IMG/VR virus record: IMGVR_UViG_3300017910_000891 | Span: 1 to 41,160 of that record | DNA: 41,160 nt | Reading direction: 5' to 3' (one strand) | From: a virus | Lineage: Duplodnaviria > Caudoviricetes | Part shown: positions 1-10,600 of the stretch, in pieces | Numbering within the stretch: position 1 is the stretch's first letter | Layout: each line of letters opens with the position of its first letter | The notes under the pieces: generated by a model | What the model was told of the DNA's origin: nothing | Seen by the model: only the letters and a program-made list of their open reading frames with translations | Databases searched by the model: none | Translations under genes and position numbers: made by a program

Positions 1-1
1 C

Positions 2-139
2 GGTCGTAGGTCTGTGCCACTCTCCGCCCAATATCTCAGGCCGTTCGAGCACCGCTACCGTGGCCTTCAGCTGACCTTCACCTACGCCGGGACGGGCTTG
101 TTCCGCATTATCGGCGTGGCCATCGAGCTTAGGAGCTAA
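2..139 (+). CDS. C-terminal fragment of a tail tubular/stabilisation-type protein (partial)
   Basis: Open frame GRRSVPLSAQYLRPFEHRYRGLQLTFTYAGTGLFRIIGVAIELRS, TAA at 137-139. Beta-rich C-terminus; lies directly before the tail fibre and ejection genes. Confidence 0.55.
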   Translation, partial: GRRSVPLSAQYLRPFEHRYRGLQLTFTYAGTGLFRIIGVAIELRS

Positions 140-143
140 ATAA

Positions 144-1787
144 ATGGCAGGCATCCGCCAGACAGCAGCGTTCGAGTACGCAAGCTCGGACAAGGTGCAA
201 ACCGAATTTGAAAATGTAGTCCGCTACCTCCAGCAAGCCGAAGTCGGCGGCAAGACGTTGGGCGAAGTCATCGACAACCTTACTGACGACGATGGCAACC
301 TCAACGCCGACATCAGCTTCCGCGTCGACAGTGTTGCTGGTCTCCAGTTCAAGGCTGGCGAGACAGGCGACTGGACGACCATCGCCCCACTGTCCGACAT
401 CCGTGGCGAAGCTGGCCAAAACGTAGGCGACATCGGCGCCCCGATTTTCAATGGCCGCCAAGACTACGTCATCGGGACCACCATTGACCCAACCACTGGC
501 GTGGCCTACCCGGACAACACGACGGTCCTGCAATACGCGCACACCGCCGACGACACGTTGGTCGTGTTCGAGGATGGCATTCTCAAGCGCGACCCGGAAG
601 ACTACGGGACAGATGCAGCGGCAGGCACCGTTACGTTTGTAAACCCGTTGACGATCTCAGGCGGCACCGGTGGCTCCCCACAAACCGTGACGGTCTACAA
701 GATCCGCGCAACGGCAATCACCTCGTTCCAGCGCGTGGACTACGTGGTCGCGGGTTCAGAACGCGCCTTCTCGTTCGCCATGGACGACGCCACCGAGATC
801 CAAGTTTACTTCAACGGCTTCTTGATGCGCGAGGGCGGCGGCAACGACTACATTCGTGACAACGACACCGACACTGTCACCTTCAACCTCGACGACCAAG
901 GCAACAGCCCGACGGACACAGACGACGTCATCACAATCATCACGGTCGAGAACACGGCCAACCAAGTGGTGGCTGGCCTCATGCTTGAACAGGCCTTTAC
1001 CAACCAGCAGACGGGCAAGATCTTGTTCGACAAGCTGGAACTGGCTGACGGGGCAATCGCACAGACCAAAGTCGCCAGCCTAACCACTGACCTTGCTGGC
1101 AAGGCTGGCCTTGTGGACACAACGGCCAGCGCGGCGACTTTGAACACTGGCCCTCTCAACACGTTCTATCTCGAAGACGTTTCCGGCTCACCGCGCCTGC
1201 GCTTCAAGGTCTCCTCCACACAGAACATTGACCTGAACCCGGCCATCGACATTCCAACAGCCTCTGCGTCTGAAAGTGGGAAAGTGCTGCGGGTTGCAGC
1301 GACTGGCGGCTATGAGTTGTCCCCCCTGACCATTGTACTGGCTGGATACTTGAGCCTTGACCAAAAGGGCGTCGCGGATGGTGTGGCTGGGCTAGACGGC
1401 ACGGCTAAGGTGCCGCTCGGACAGCTGCCGTCCTTTGAAGTGCTGCAACAATACCCGCTCATGATTATGGACGAGACGATCAGCACCCCGACGGCCAGCA
1501 CCTCGTACCGCATCAAGCGGATTTCTGGCGCACGGGTCAGGCTCAAGCAGATTTGGGCCTACGTCAACCAAGGCACGCTAGACCTCGACATCTTGGTCGG
1601 CGGCAACTCGATGAACCGGTCGATTGCCGTGACGAGCACAGAGGCCGCTACGCCACTGAACGACATCATAATCGACGCACGTCAGGGTGGCCCTATCGAG
1701 CTGGAGGTAGGCGTCGGGGCCAACGTCACCGGCACGCCGGCCTACCTTGAGGTCGTAATCGAAGCTGACTACGTGGACGCAGTGTAA
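144..1787 (+). CDS. Tail fibre / tail adaptor protein
   Basis: 547 aa, SD AGGAG at 131-135. Two V-x-x-x-G-x-L...DY...TVTF beta-sandwich repeats and the GVADGVAGLDGTAKVPLGQLP motif common in phage fibres. Confidence 0.7.
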   Translation: MAGIRQTAAFEYASSDKVQTEFENVVRYLQQAEVGGKTLGEVIDNLTDDDGNLNADISFRVDSVAGLQFKAGETGDWTTIAPLSDIRGEAGQNVGDIGAPIFNGRQDYVIGTTIDPTTGVAYPDNTTVLQYAHTADDTLVVFEDGILKRDPEDYGTDAAAGTVTFVNPLTISGGTGGSPQTVTVYKIRATAITSFQRVDYVVAGSERAFSFAMDDATEIQVYFNGFLMREGGGNDYIRDNDTDTVTFNLDDQGNSPTDTDDVITIITVENTANQVVAGLMLEQAFTNQQTGKILFDKLELADGAIAQTKVASLTTDLAGKAGLVDTTASAATLNTGPLNTFYLEDVSGSPRLRFKVSSTQNIDLNPAIDIPTASASESGKVLRVAATGGYELSPLTIVLAGYLSLDQKGVADGVAGLDGTAKVPLGQLPSFEVLQQYPLMIMDETISTPTASTSYRIKRISGARVRLKQIWAYVNQGTLDLDILVGGNSMNRSIAVTSTEAATPLNDIIIDARQGGPIELEVGVGANVTGTPAYLEVVIEADYVDAV

Positions 1788-3811
1788 TGGGTTTTTTCTC
1801 CAGACTTTTCGGCGGCGGCTCCAAGCAGAGCAGCAAGAACTATTCGACCAACCCAAGCGGCGAATACTTCTACAAGGAAAACGGGCGGGACATGTACTAT
1901 GCGCCGTGGCTACAGCAGCCTATCGCGCAGCCCACCTCCAACCTAAGCGTCTCGGACTACCCTAAAAGCCAGCAGCATTTGATGAATGCGGCGGGGGTAA
2001 AGCCTAAGCCATTGGCCCCCAAGCCACAAAAGCAGATCACCATTACGGGCGGCACAGGCCCAGCGCCTGTCTACCACAACCCGCCGCCTGCTCCAGCTCC
2101 TGCGCCTGCTCCAGTCCCCGCACCTGCGCCTGCGCCTGCGGCAGCCGCGCCTGTTCAAAGCGTGAACGATCAGCTGGCGAACGAGCGTGAGCGCCGTGCC
2201 CGCCAGCGAGAGCGGCAAGAAAACCGAGCCACCAGAAAATCTGAGCGGTTGGACGCGCAATACCTTAGCGGCTTGCAGAATAAGCTGGACACCCTTGGCT
2301 CCCGTCTCGGCAGCTACACGATCAACGATCTGGCCTCAATCAACTCGGCGCAGCGCCAGCTTGACCTGCTCAGCAACCAAGCCAACAGCTACCGCAGTGA
2401 CACCTCTGATGGTCTCAGCCTCATGGGCGTAGACGACTATCGGAGCATCCTAGACGACTTGCTGACCGAGCGAGCAAGCGAGGCGAACCGCTTTAAGCGC
2501 TTCTCCCGTGGGATAGGCAACGACCTGTCCGAATACTCAGACTACACGGTCAACAGTGACTTGGACGCTGCCGAAGCTGCCTTGCGCGATATGATGATGC
2601 GTGCAGAAAACTACGACACTGGTCTGGACGTCGACCTTTCCAGTCCCATGTCCCGCATCCAGTTCGCCATGGACGACATTAATCGCCTTACCCAAGAGCG
2701 CTCGCGTCAACAGGGCGTCATCGACCAAGCCCGTGAAAGTGCGCTGGATAGTCTTGGTGGTCTTGGCAACCTGTACACGGACGTGGATTATCGTGATGCG
2801 CAAGCGCTGGACAACATTGGCCGGAAGCTGGACGGGATTATCAACCCGAACCTCGGGGTGGATCTTGACTACGACTTCTCCGATTTGTCTGCCGAGGTGG
2901 ACCCGTACCGGCAACGACTGGAGACGATGCGAGAACGCCGAATGCGCGAACTCAACATGCTCGGCGATGACATCAGCGAAATCGGAAACTCCCTGACCGG
3001 GTTTTACGCCAACGAAGGCCTGCCAACTGGTGATGCCTTAGAGGCGTTGGAGGACGCGATGGAGGACGCGATGAACGCGTCTCCGGGCATGACAATTAGC
3101 GAATTTGAAGACTTCCGAGATCGAAACCCGGTGGGCGGCGGCCCCATAAACTACCCCGACCTTTATTACGTGCGAGACGGTAAGGATAATCCTTACCAGA
3201 CCGCTGGTGACGAGTTGTTTAAACTCGATAGGCCGCTCCGCGACATCGAAAGCGCGAGCGAAGTCTACGCGATCCGCGACCGGTTGAGTGAAGCTCTGAA
3301 CTCGCTCGACGCCTTTGGCGTTGGCGACCGGACCAATGAGCTGTCCGAACAAATCTTCCGCCAAGACGAGATTTACAAGCGGCTGTCCGACCAGCTGCTC
3401 GACCGTCAAAGCGGGATCGAGACCGACGCGCAAGCCCAGCTTGACGCGTTTGCTGACGCACGCTTCAGCCGACCAGACGACCTCGCCAGCTTCGAGCAGG
3501 CTCTGCAAGACCTAACGGGTCAGCGAGATCTGTTCGATGCCTCCATCGCTTCAGATGAACTTCAGCGACTGACCGACCAGATTTCGTCTCGGCGTTCCGA
3601 CCTAGAGCGAGACGAGGCAGCGCGGATTGCCCGCGAAGAATTGGAGCGCCGTCGTGCGATGCAGGGCGCAGGAGGCAGCAACCGTTTCAGTAACCAATTT
3701 GTCAGCCCGGAAGATTACAGCGCGTATCTGCGTGCCTTGGAGCTTGGTCGCAAAGACGACTACTTCGAGGACGTGGGCACTGGCTTCAGTCGTGCGCTGG
3801 GCTTGGCGTAG
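1787..3811 (+). CDS. Putative internal virion protein
   Basis: 674 aa, TAATG-coupled to the previous gene. Amphipathic N-terminus MGFFSRLFGGG, Pro/Ala linker, long helical acidic body; located in the ejection-protein block. Confidence 0.6.
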   Translation: MGFFSRLFGGGSKQSSKNYSTNPSGEYFYKENGRDMYYAPWLQQPIAQPTSNLSVSDYPKSQQHLMNAAGVKPKPLAPKPQKQITITGGTGPAPVYHNPPPAPAPAPAPVPAPAPAPAAAAPVQSVNDQLANERERRARQRERQENRATRKSERLDAQYLSGLQNKLDTLGSRLGSYTINDLASINSAQRQLDLLSNQANSYRSDTSDGLSLMGVDDYRSILDDLLTERASEANRFKRFSRGIGNDLSEYSDYTVNSDLDAAEAALRDMMMRAENYDTGLDVDLSSPMSRIQFAMDDINRLTQERSRQQGVIDQARESALDSLGGLGNLYTDVDYRDAQALDNIGRKLDGIINPNLGVDLDYDFSDLSAEVDPYRQRLETMRERRMRELNMLGDDISEIGNSLTGFYANEGLPTGDALEALEDAMEDAMNASPGMTISEFEDFRDRNPVGGGPINYPDLYYVRDGKDNPYQTAGDELFKLDRPLRDIESASEVYAIRDRLSEALNSLDAFGVGDRTNELSEQIFRQDEIYKRLSDQLLDRQSGIETDAQAQLDAFADARFSRPDDLASFEQALQDLTGQRDLFDASIASDELQRLTDQISSRRSDLERDEAARIAREELERRRAMQGAGGSNRFSNQFVSPEDYSAYLRALELGRKDDYFEDVGTGFSRALGLA

Positions 3812-3820
3812 GAGACCCGC

Positions 3821-5323
3821 ATGGACCCGATGACCCTCGGCGCAATCATTTCTGGCGGCGCCTCTTTAATAGGTTCGTTTGTAAACTCTCGAAACGCAGG
3901 CAAAGCTCGCGAGCAGCAAGACCAGATGATGTCTATGCAGCAGGGCAACCTGTCCTTCCAGCGGGACATCCTCAACCGCGAGCTGCAACAGATGGAGGAG
4001 CAGCGGGCCTACTTCCGGCAGCAAGACGCACTAAACCGCCAGCAGGCACAGCTGGAGCGGCAGCAGGCCTTTGACCTCTACTTCCAAAACAACGAACAGC
4101 TACAGAGCGAGCGGGATTACTTCATCCAGCGCCAAGAGTTCGTGGACAAGCAGGCCGCACAAGAGCGTGCCGAGCAGCTTGGCTTCATGCTCCAGAACCA
4201 GCAGATGGCGGCGGAAGAACGGGACTTCGCCTTGGCCGAGCTGGCCCGTGCGCAACAGATTGCAGCGGGTGAGCGAGACGAAGAACTGCGCCGCTATTAT
4301 GACAACCAGTTTCGTGCAGAGGCTGAGCGGCGCTACAGCATCGAGCAGTTTGAACGCGCCCAAGGCATCGCTCGTTCTGAGCGTGAAGAAGAAGGCATGT
4401 TCCGAGACGCGCTTCAGGGGCAACTGGTCAACTTTCAAGACGAGCTGCGTCGAGTGCAAGAAGGACTGGGCGACATCCGTCGTCTCGACCCTCTGACCCA
4501 AGAGCAAATCGACAGCCAAGTCGGTCGCTACCGAGACGTGGCCAAAGACAGCTACAATGAGGTCATCGAACAGATGGCCAGCCTCAACGAAGCTGACCTT
4601 CGCCGCAAAGGCATCTCGGCAACTGATCCGGGCGACACCCGCAGCCGCATGGCCCAGCGTCTCGCAGACGATCTGGCCATGGCGCAACAGCAGGCCGAAC
4701 AGCAAGCACTGGCGTACATCTCTGGTGAGCGCGGCCTCCTGTTCAACGACATCCAGCAGGACATCGCAACGCGCAACGCCATCATGGACGAGACCACTAG
4801 CGTTGGCTTGGCAGGCTTCGACCGGATGCGCGGCCTGATGAACACGCTACCGACTGAGAACGTCGCCGCACCGCTGAACATCGGTTCGACAATCCTCAAC
4901 GCCCAGTTCCGCAGCGCCAACGACTACAACACGCCTGTCGCCATTAACTCCGCACAGTTCGCTGGCGCACTGCCGTCAGCGATTGGCCAAACGATCAACG
5001 TGCCGTCAGGTGTCGCGATGGGCTTCTCCGCTCCATCCGCTGTGACCCAGCCTAGCGCGTCGTCAAACCTTTCAAGCCAGCTGCTCGCCAACCTAAATTC
5101 CGGGTACTCCAACATGGGCACGGCATACGGAAATCAGGCCGCAGCCTACGGCCAAGCGGCGAGCCAAGGGTTTAGCAATTTGGGCGACATCTTCGCTGAC
5201 TACACTGCTTACCAGCAGGGCAGACAAGTCACGCCAACGTACTCGGAAATTCCGGGCGCTACGATCATGAACAGCGGCGGAATGACGAACTACGGTAACT
5301 CGTTCGCAGGGGTTTACGGATAA
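3821..5323 (+). CDS. Putative DNA ejection / pilot protein
   Basis: 500 aa. Gly-rich hydrophobic N-terminus MDPMTLGAIISGGASLIGSF followed by a Gln-rich coiled coil, typical of podovirus ejection proteins. SD GGAG. Confidence 0.7.
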   Translation: MDPMTLGAIISGGASLIGSFVNSRNAGKAREQQDQMMSMQQGNLSFQRDILNRELQQMEEQRAYFRQQDALNRQQAQLERQQAFDLYFQNNEQLQSERDYFIQRQEFVDKQAAQERAEQLGFMLQNQQMAAEERDFALAELARAQQIAAGERDEELRRYYDNQFRAEAERRYSIEQFERAQGIARSEREEEGMFRDALQGQLVNFQDELRRVQEGLGDIRRLDPLTQEQIDSQVGRYRDVAKDSYNEVIEQMASLNEADLRRKGISATDPGDTRSRMAQRLADDLAMAQQQAEQQALAYISGERGLLFNDIQQDIATRNAIMDETTSVGLAGFDRMRGLMNTLPTENVAAPLNIGSTILNAQFRSANDYNTPVAINSAQFAGALPSAIGQTINVPSGVAMGFSAPSAVTQPSASSNLSSQLLANLNSGYSNMGTAYGNQAAAYGQAASQGFSNLGDIFADYTAYQQGRQVTPTYSEIPGATIMNSGGMTNYGNSFAGVYG

Positions 5324-7614
5324 TGTTCTACGCACTCGGCTCCATTGGTTCGTTCTCAGACGGCTACCGAAATCGAAAGAAGGAAATCCGCAACGAACGC
5401 ACAGCCATTCGCGAGGAGTTCGAGCGGTGGAAGGCGGCCAACCCCTACGCAACTGCGATGGACTTCCATGCCAAGGTCAAGCAGCTTGGATCCACCAGCC
5501 CCGGCGGCAACGTAGCCCTGCCCGACAGCGCCAGCATCCAGCGCATGGCCGCCGAAAACCTGCGCCGCAAGCAGGAGGAGGACGCTGAGAAAGCGCGTCG
5601 TCGCCGCATCCAAGACATGGACATGAAGATCAAGGAGACGACTTACGCTCGCCAGCTCCTGATGGACAATCCAAACATGTCCGCGAGCCAGCTGCTTAAC
5701 TCCATGGGTATGCCCACGACCGGTGCCACGCTCGAATGGGCGGAAGGTCTCCAGCAGAAAATGAAGACCGAGCTTGAGCAAGCACAGGCCGACCGCGCAC
5801 GTAAGCTGGAACAAGAAAACTTCCGGCGGCAGCAAGAATTGGCAGGGCTGGAGATGTCGTTTTATGAGGCAAATCCTGCCGCTACCGAGGCCGACCGTAA
5901 CGCATTTATGGCGCAGTTTGGCGGGGCTACCCCAGCTGCACCCTCGGTAGCTGCGCCCGCGACCCCTGACCCCACCTACGGGCCAACGGTCCCGAGCAAG
6001 CCCCCTGCTCCGGCAAAGCCTGCTTCCAATGCTCGCCTGCAAACCTTCATTGATGGGCAGTTCAGCGGGAAACAAGGTCAGTATCTTGGCCCAGACGGCT
6101 TTGAGCAACTAAAGAAAGACGTGATTAGAACCGCACGAATGGGTGGCGCAAGATCCGCCAGTGACGCGGAGATCATTGCGGCGCTCGAAGCGAGCGACTT
6201 TTTTGCCGACTACAGCAAGTCCGCCGACGATGCTGCGTTCGCCAACCAGTTTAGCGGCAAGCAGCCCAGCGAGCTGAGCATCACGGTGGGAGAAGGCAAG
6301 AACGCGATGGCGATTGAGCTGGCCGAGATCTACAACAGCCAGCTGAACAACTCCAACATCCTGTCCAGCCGCCGTGTTCCTTACAACAAGCTCGACGAGT
6401 TCCAGTCCATCGTGGCCCCATACTTTGAGGTTGTCGACGGCGAGGCGAAAATGAAGGAGATACAAGACGTACCCATGGAGCAGGTTCTCGCACAGGTCGA
6501 GCAGCAGCTAAACGCAGCGGGCATCTACAACGAAGGCCAACTGACGCAGATGCGTCAGCAAAAGATTGCTGAATACGGACAGGTCGACAGCCTAGACATC
6601 GTGCTCGCCGAGCAAAAGGACCAGCTCGATAAGGTTGTTGAAGAAGCCGCTGCACTGATGAAGTCCGCTGGCAGCGCGGCGGAGCAAAGCGCAGTTCTCG
6701 CGAACGTGGCCAAGCGCTTCGACTACTTCAAAGGCCTGATTGAAGGCGACCGTATCGCGGACATCTACGCAAACGACGGGATTTACCCGCTCGACATCCT
6801 GCCCACCAATCAGCACGCCCTATACCAGAAGGACGCCTTCTACGCCTTGTTCGACGACGCTATGGCAGAGCTGAACCAGATCGCCGCTGCAAACAAGGCA
6901 AAGGTCTCTACCAGCGGGGAGGTTAAAGAAGCCGAAGAAGAAGGGCTACGCGTTGACCGCGCTACGAACGTAGCAAGTGAGAGCGTAAGCGACAACGAGG
7001 TGAACGCGGCCATCGAAGCCCTTGGTGGTTATGGGATCAGCCAAGGGCTGTTCGTCGGATTTAACACGGACGAGAGCGGGGACTTTTACCGGGAGCCGGT
7101 GCCGACGAAGGAGTTGGCAACAGCTTTGCTTCAGGGAGAAGCTAAGGTGAAGGGTGCGGTCGTACAAGCTATGGCGTCAGCCTTCGAGGCGTTTGAAGCA
7201 CAGCGAGGGACCGGCCTCCAGTACGAGCGGCCCACGGGCCGAAAGGGTCTGTTCAGCAACATTGCTGGGTTCATTGAGGCTGAAATATCAGGCGTACAGC
7301 AAGCCATGTCTCAGTTCCCCGGATACAACCGCGCAGTAGAAGACGCGACTAAGCAATTCCGAACAACACTGGAGATGACGACTGGCACCAGCGGGCTTTC
7401 TTCTGGCGAAATTAGTGCTCTGACCTCAGACTTTGATGCTTACATCAAGCAGGCCACGCGGCAGAGGACGTTGACTACAAACGCTTTTGACATGACACCG
7501 CGTACACCAAACGTCACACAAACCAATCTGCTTGGGCGGCCAGCACAGCCAATGACGTCAGAACAGATGCTCCAACAGTCTGTCCCCGGCGCCCAGTTTG
7601 TGGTCCCCAACTAA
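5323..7614 (+). CDS. Putative internal virion / ejection protein
   Basis: 763 aa, TAATG-coupled, helical. Lies between the pilot protein and the giant internal virion protein. Confidence 0.6.
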   Translation: MFYALGSIGSFSDGYRNRKKEIRNERTAIREEFERWKAANPYATAMDFHAKVKQLGSTSPGGNVALPDSASIQRMAAENLRRKQEEDAEKARRRRIQDMDMKIKETTYARQLLMDNPNMSASQLLNSMGMPTTGATLEWAEGLQQKMKTELEQAQADRARKLEQENFRRQQELAGLEMSFYEANPAATEADRNAFMAQFGGATPAAPSVAAPATPDPTYGPTVPSKPPAPAKPASNARLQTFIDGQFSGKQGQYLGPDGFEQLKKDVIRTARMGGARSASDAEIIAALEASDFFADYSKSADDAAFANQFSGKQPSELSITVGEGKNAMAIELAEIYNSQLNNSNILSSRRVPYNKLDEFQSIVAPYFEVVDGEAKMKEIQDVPMEQVLAQVEQQLNAAGIYNEGQLTQMRQQKIAEYGQVDSLDIVLAEQKDQLDKVVEEAAALMKSAGSAAEQSAVLANVAKRFDYFKGLIEGDRIADIYANDGIYPLDILPTNQHALYQKDAFYALFDDAMAELNQIAAANKAKVSTSGEVKEAEEEGLRVDRATNVASESVSDNEVNAAIEALGGYGISQGLFVGFNTDESGDFYREPVPTKELATALLQGEAKVKGAVVQAMASAFEAFEAQRGTGLQYERPTGRKGLFSNIAGFIEAEISGVQQAMSQFPGYNRAVEDATKQFRTTLEMTTGTSGLSSGEISALTSDFDAYIKQATRQRTLTTNAFDMTPRTPNVTQTNLLGRPAQPMTSEQMLQQSVPGAQFVVPN

Positions 7615-7648
7615 CCGGGACGACAACTAAAAACTCGGCAGCGATACT
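7613..7648 (+). promoter_or_regulatory. Putative phage late promoter (GGACGAC-N18-GATACT)
   Basis: AACCGGGACGACAAC (7613-7627) is identical to 40599-40613, with the same 18-nt spacing to a -10-like hexamer. Confidence 0.65.
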
Positions 7649-7672
7649 CCGCTGAACACATGGAGACTTCTT

Positions 7673-10600
7673 ATGTTCAGCAAAACCTCGCTGCTGGGTT
7701 CGTCGACCCTTTCTTCTGCCCTTCCGACCACCTACGCTGATATTCGCGGCGAGGACATAATGACCGACCCGCGTGTTATCGCGGACGTTCGTAAGGAGTT
7801 TGAAGACCGAGGCATCTACATCGCCGACGACGATGAATTGATGCGGAAGTTCTACGACGACCAGACCTTCAGCAAGCTGAACGCCACCATCGGCTCATTC
7901 AATGCCTATCAACGGGCCGAGGCGGCAACCCCCGAGAGCCGTGCTCGCCAAGCCCGTCTCCGTGACGCGCACAACAAGCTGCCAGCCTTCTACCAGAAAG
8001 GCGGCGTAGGTGTTGGCACTGCGCTGCCATCCTTCGGCAAGGCGCTCCTGTTTGACCCAATCAACCTTGTCGGTGGCTTCGTAGGTGCGTCCGGTAAGGG
8101 CGTTGCGAAGGCCGCACAAGTGGCGCGTGCCGCAGGCGGCAGCCCGACATTGGCCGCCGCACGAGCCGGTGCAATGCGCGGCGCCGCCTATGAAGGCGTG
8201 CTGGGCGCTGGCTTCGGCGCAGCCTACTCCGTGGGCAACCAGAACGTAGACATCAAGCTCGGGCTGCAAGACCAGTTCAGCTACGGGCAGCTGGCAGCTG
8301 ACGTCGCTGGCGAGGCGGCCTTCAGTGCTGGCATCGGTGCTGTAGCCGGTGGCGTTGGTGGCGCCATCTTCAAGGGTGGCCGTCGTCTCGACCCTGACGT
8401 GGCTCCCGAAGACAACGCCGGCGCACCAGCCACCGTCACGCCGTCTGCATCCCCTGTGCTGTCGCAAACCCCAGAGCAGTACCAAGACGCACTGTTGGAA
8501 GATGCTGCGCAAGCCGCTGACGCTGGCAACTTCGACTTGGCAGAAGACCTGCTCGAAGAACGCGCCGAGAGCATGGCCGCCCAGTTCGATCTCGAAGGCT
8601 TCGGAGACGAGGCGCTGCCCGAGACGGCTACGCCTGCGCCAGAGATCGAGACAACGCCCGCCACTGGCGAGACGACAGCCACCGTAGACACAAGCGAGAC
8701 GGCGCCCGCCCCAGCGGCAGCCGAGACAACCACCGAACAAGCGTCAGAAGCTCCGACAACTGACCTGCCAACTGTACGCAGGCACGACCCCCGTGCCATT
8801 TCCCCCAAAGCAAAAAAGCTGGCGAAGGAAAATGGCTACGACATTTCTGTCGACCGCAAGACGGGCACGTTCAATGACCCGCAGGTTGAAGCCTTTGTCC
8901 AAGCTCGTCCCGGCAAAAAGGTCCACAATGGACTGACCGTCACGGAGCTAAAGCAAATCTTCGGCGACAGTGAGCCAGCCGCCGCCCCAGCCGAGACGCC
9001 GACATCCGTCGCAGCCAAAGTCGTTGCTCAGAAGAACGAGGCGGAAGCCAAGACCGGGCAGACTGGGACGCCCGAAGACACCGCAGCTAACGCAGAGCGA
9101 GCTGCCGCAGAGGCTGGCGTCGACGAGGCAGACGCAGCTCAGATTGCCGAAGCAATGGCAGCCGACGAAGAATGGCAAGCGGAGTTTCTGGGGCGCTACC
9201 TGTCCTTGGCCCCCGACCAGCAGCAGCTTGTCGACGCTCGTGTCGAGGAGCTGAAAGACAAAGACGGCTTCCTCAAGGCTGTCGAGAAAGCCATGAACGA
9301 GGTCGACCGCGCAGGTACGATTGAAGGCACAACCCCAAAGCGTGTGGCCGACCGCACAGCAAAAGCGGCGGGCACGATGGCCACGGGCGACGTCAACGCT
9401 GGCCGCTCGCTCACCATCAACATCGACCCGACCACCCAGCGTCAGACCATGAAGCCGGGACGCTACCAAAAGATCTTCCAGAAGGCTGGCAACATGCCGA
9501 CCTTCAACTCCGTCAAACGGTCCTACGCCGAGATGCTGGCACGAAAGAGCTTGGGTCGCGAAGGTGCAATTACTGGCCGGTCCTTGCTTGGGAAGCAGAT
9601 GGACGTGGACAAGCGGAAGCTCGATGACCTGACCGACGATGAGAAGGCACGCTACAACTCGCTTGTTGAAGGCTTCAATGCTGAAGGCAAGACCAACCCA
9701 GAGAAGCGTGCGCTGAACCAGCTGAACCGTGAGCTGAAGCAGTCCATGGCAGCAGCCACCTCGCTCGACGATCAAGGCCGCGTGACAGGCGAGCTGTCAG
9801 CAGAAAACGGCCTCGTGACCTATGTCACCATGGGCCGTATGCCAGCCGCCACCAAGGACGGCTTCAACCAGATGGTCAATCCGGGCAGCGTGGTGATCTT
9901 CGATGCCGAGCTGAACCAGTCATTCGCCGGTGACACCTATGAGGAAGCTCGCGACGTTCTGAGCCGCGTCTTGGTTCACCGCGAACGAACCTCCGTCGAG
10001 AAGAAGGCTGCCTTAGACGCTGATGCACGGGCCATCCAGCAGTTCGAGGACAAGAACGGCGTCACGCGCTACGACTACGGTGCAACTGCCATGGGCCAAC
10101 CAGACCCAATGCTGAGCACCCCGGCCTCCAAGGGCGACCTGCGACTGGTCGCCGAGTACGTCGGTCCAGATGCCGAAGCGCCGTCTGTCCGCATACGGCA
10201 GGCCAGCGACAGCAACATCGCAAAAGGCGGCAACTTCCGAAACATGCTGGGGATGCCTCGCAATGGGCAGGAAATGGGGGCAAACTGGAACCCTGACCAT
10301 TGGAACCTCTACTACCTCCCGAAAGTCAAAGGCGTCAGCAACAAGCAGAAAGTCCTTGCCGACATGGTCAAGGACATGGAGCCGATCAAGACCAGCAAAG
10401 ACGACCTGCCGCTTCAGCGCAAAAGCTACGACGACAAGATTGCTGGCGCTCCGTTGTTCCGAGACATTGCAGACCTTGAGCTGCCAGCGCCCGAGACGGA
10501 TCAAGAGCAGGCGTTGTTCAAAAGCTACTTGGACAACGGACAGTCCTTCGCCACCTTCCAAGACCTGATGACCCGCGAAGCCGAGCTGTGGCGCGTCGGG

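Noticed and set aside
3049-3072. 12-bp tandem repeat, plus Pro/Ala repeats at about 2080-2150 and the EEADD duplication at about 33560-33590
   Set aside because: In-frame low-complexity coding repeats with no sign of phase variation.
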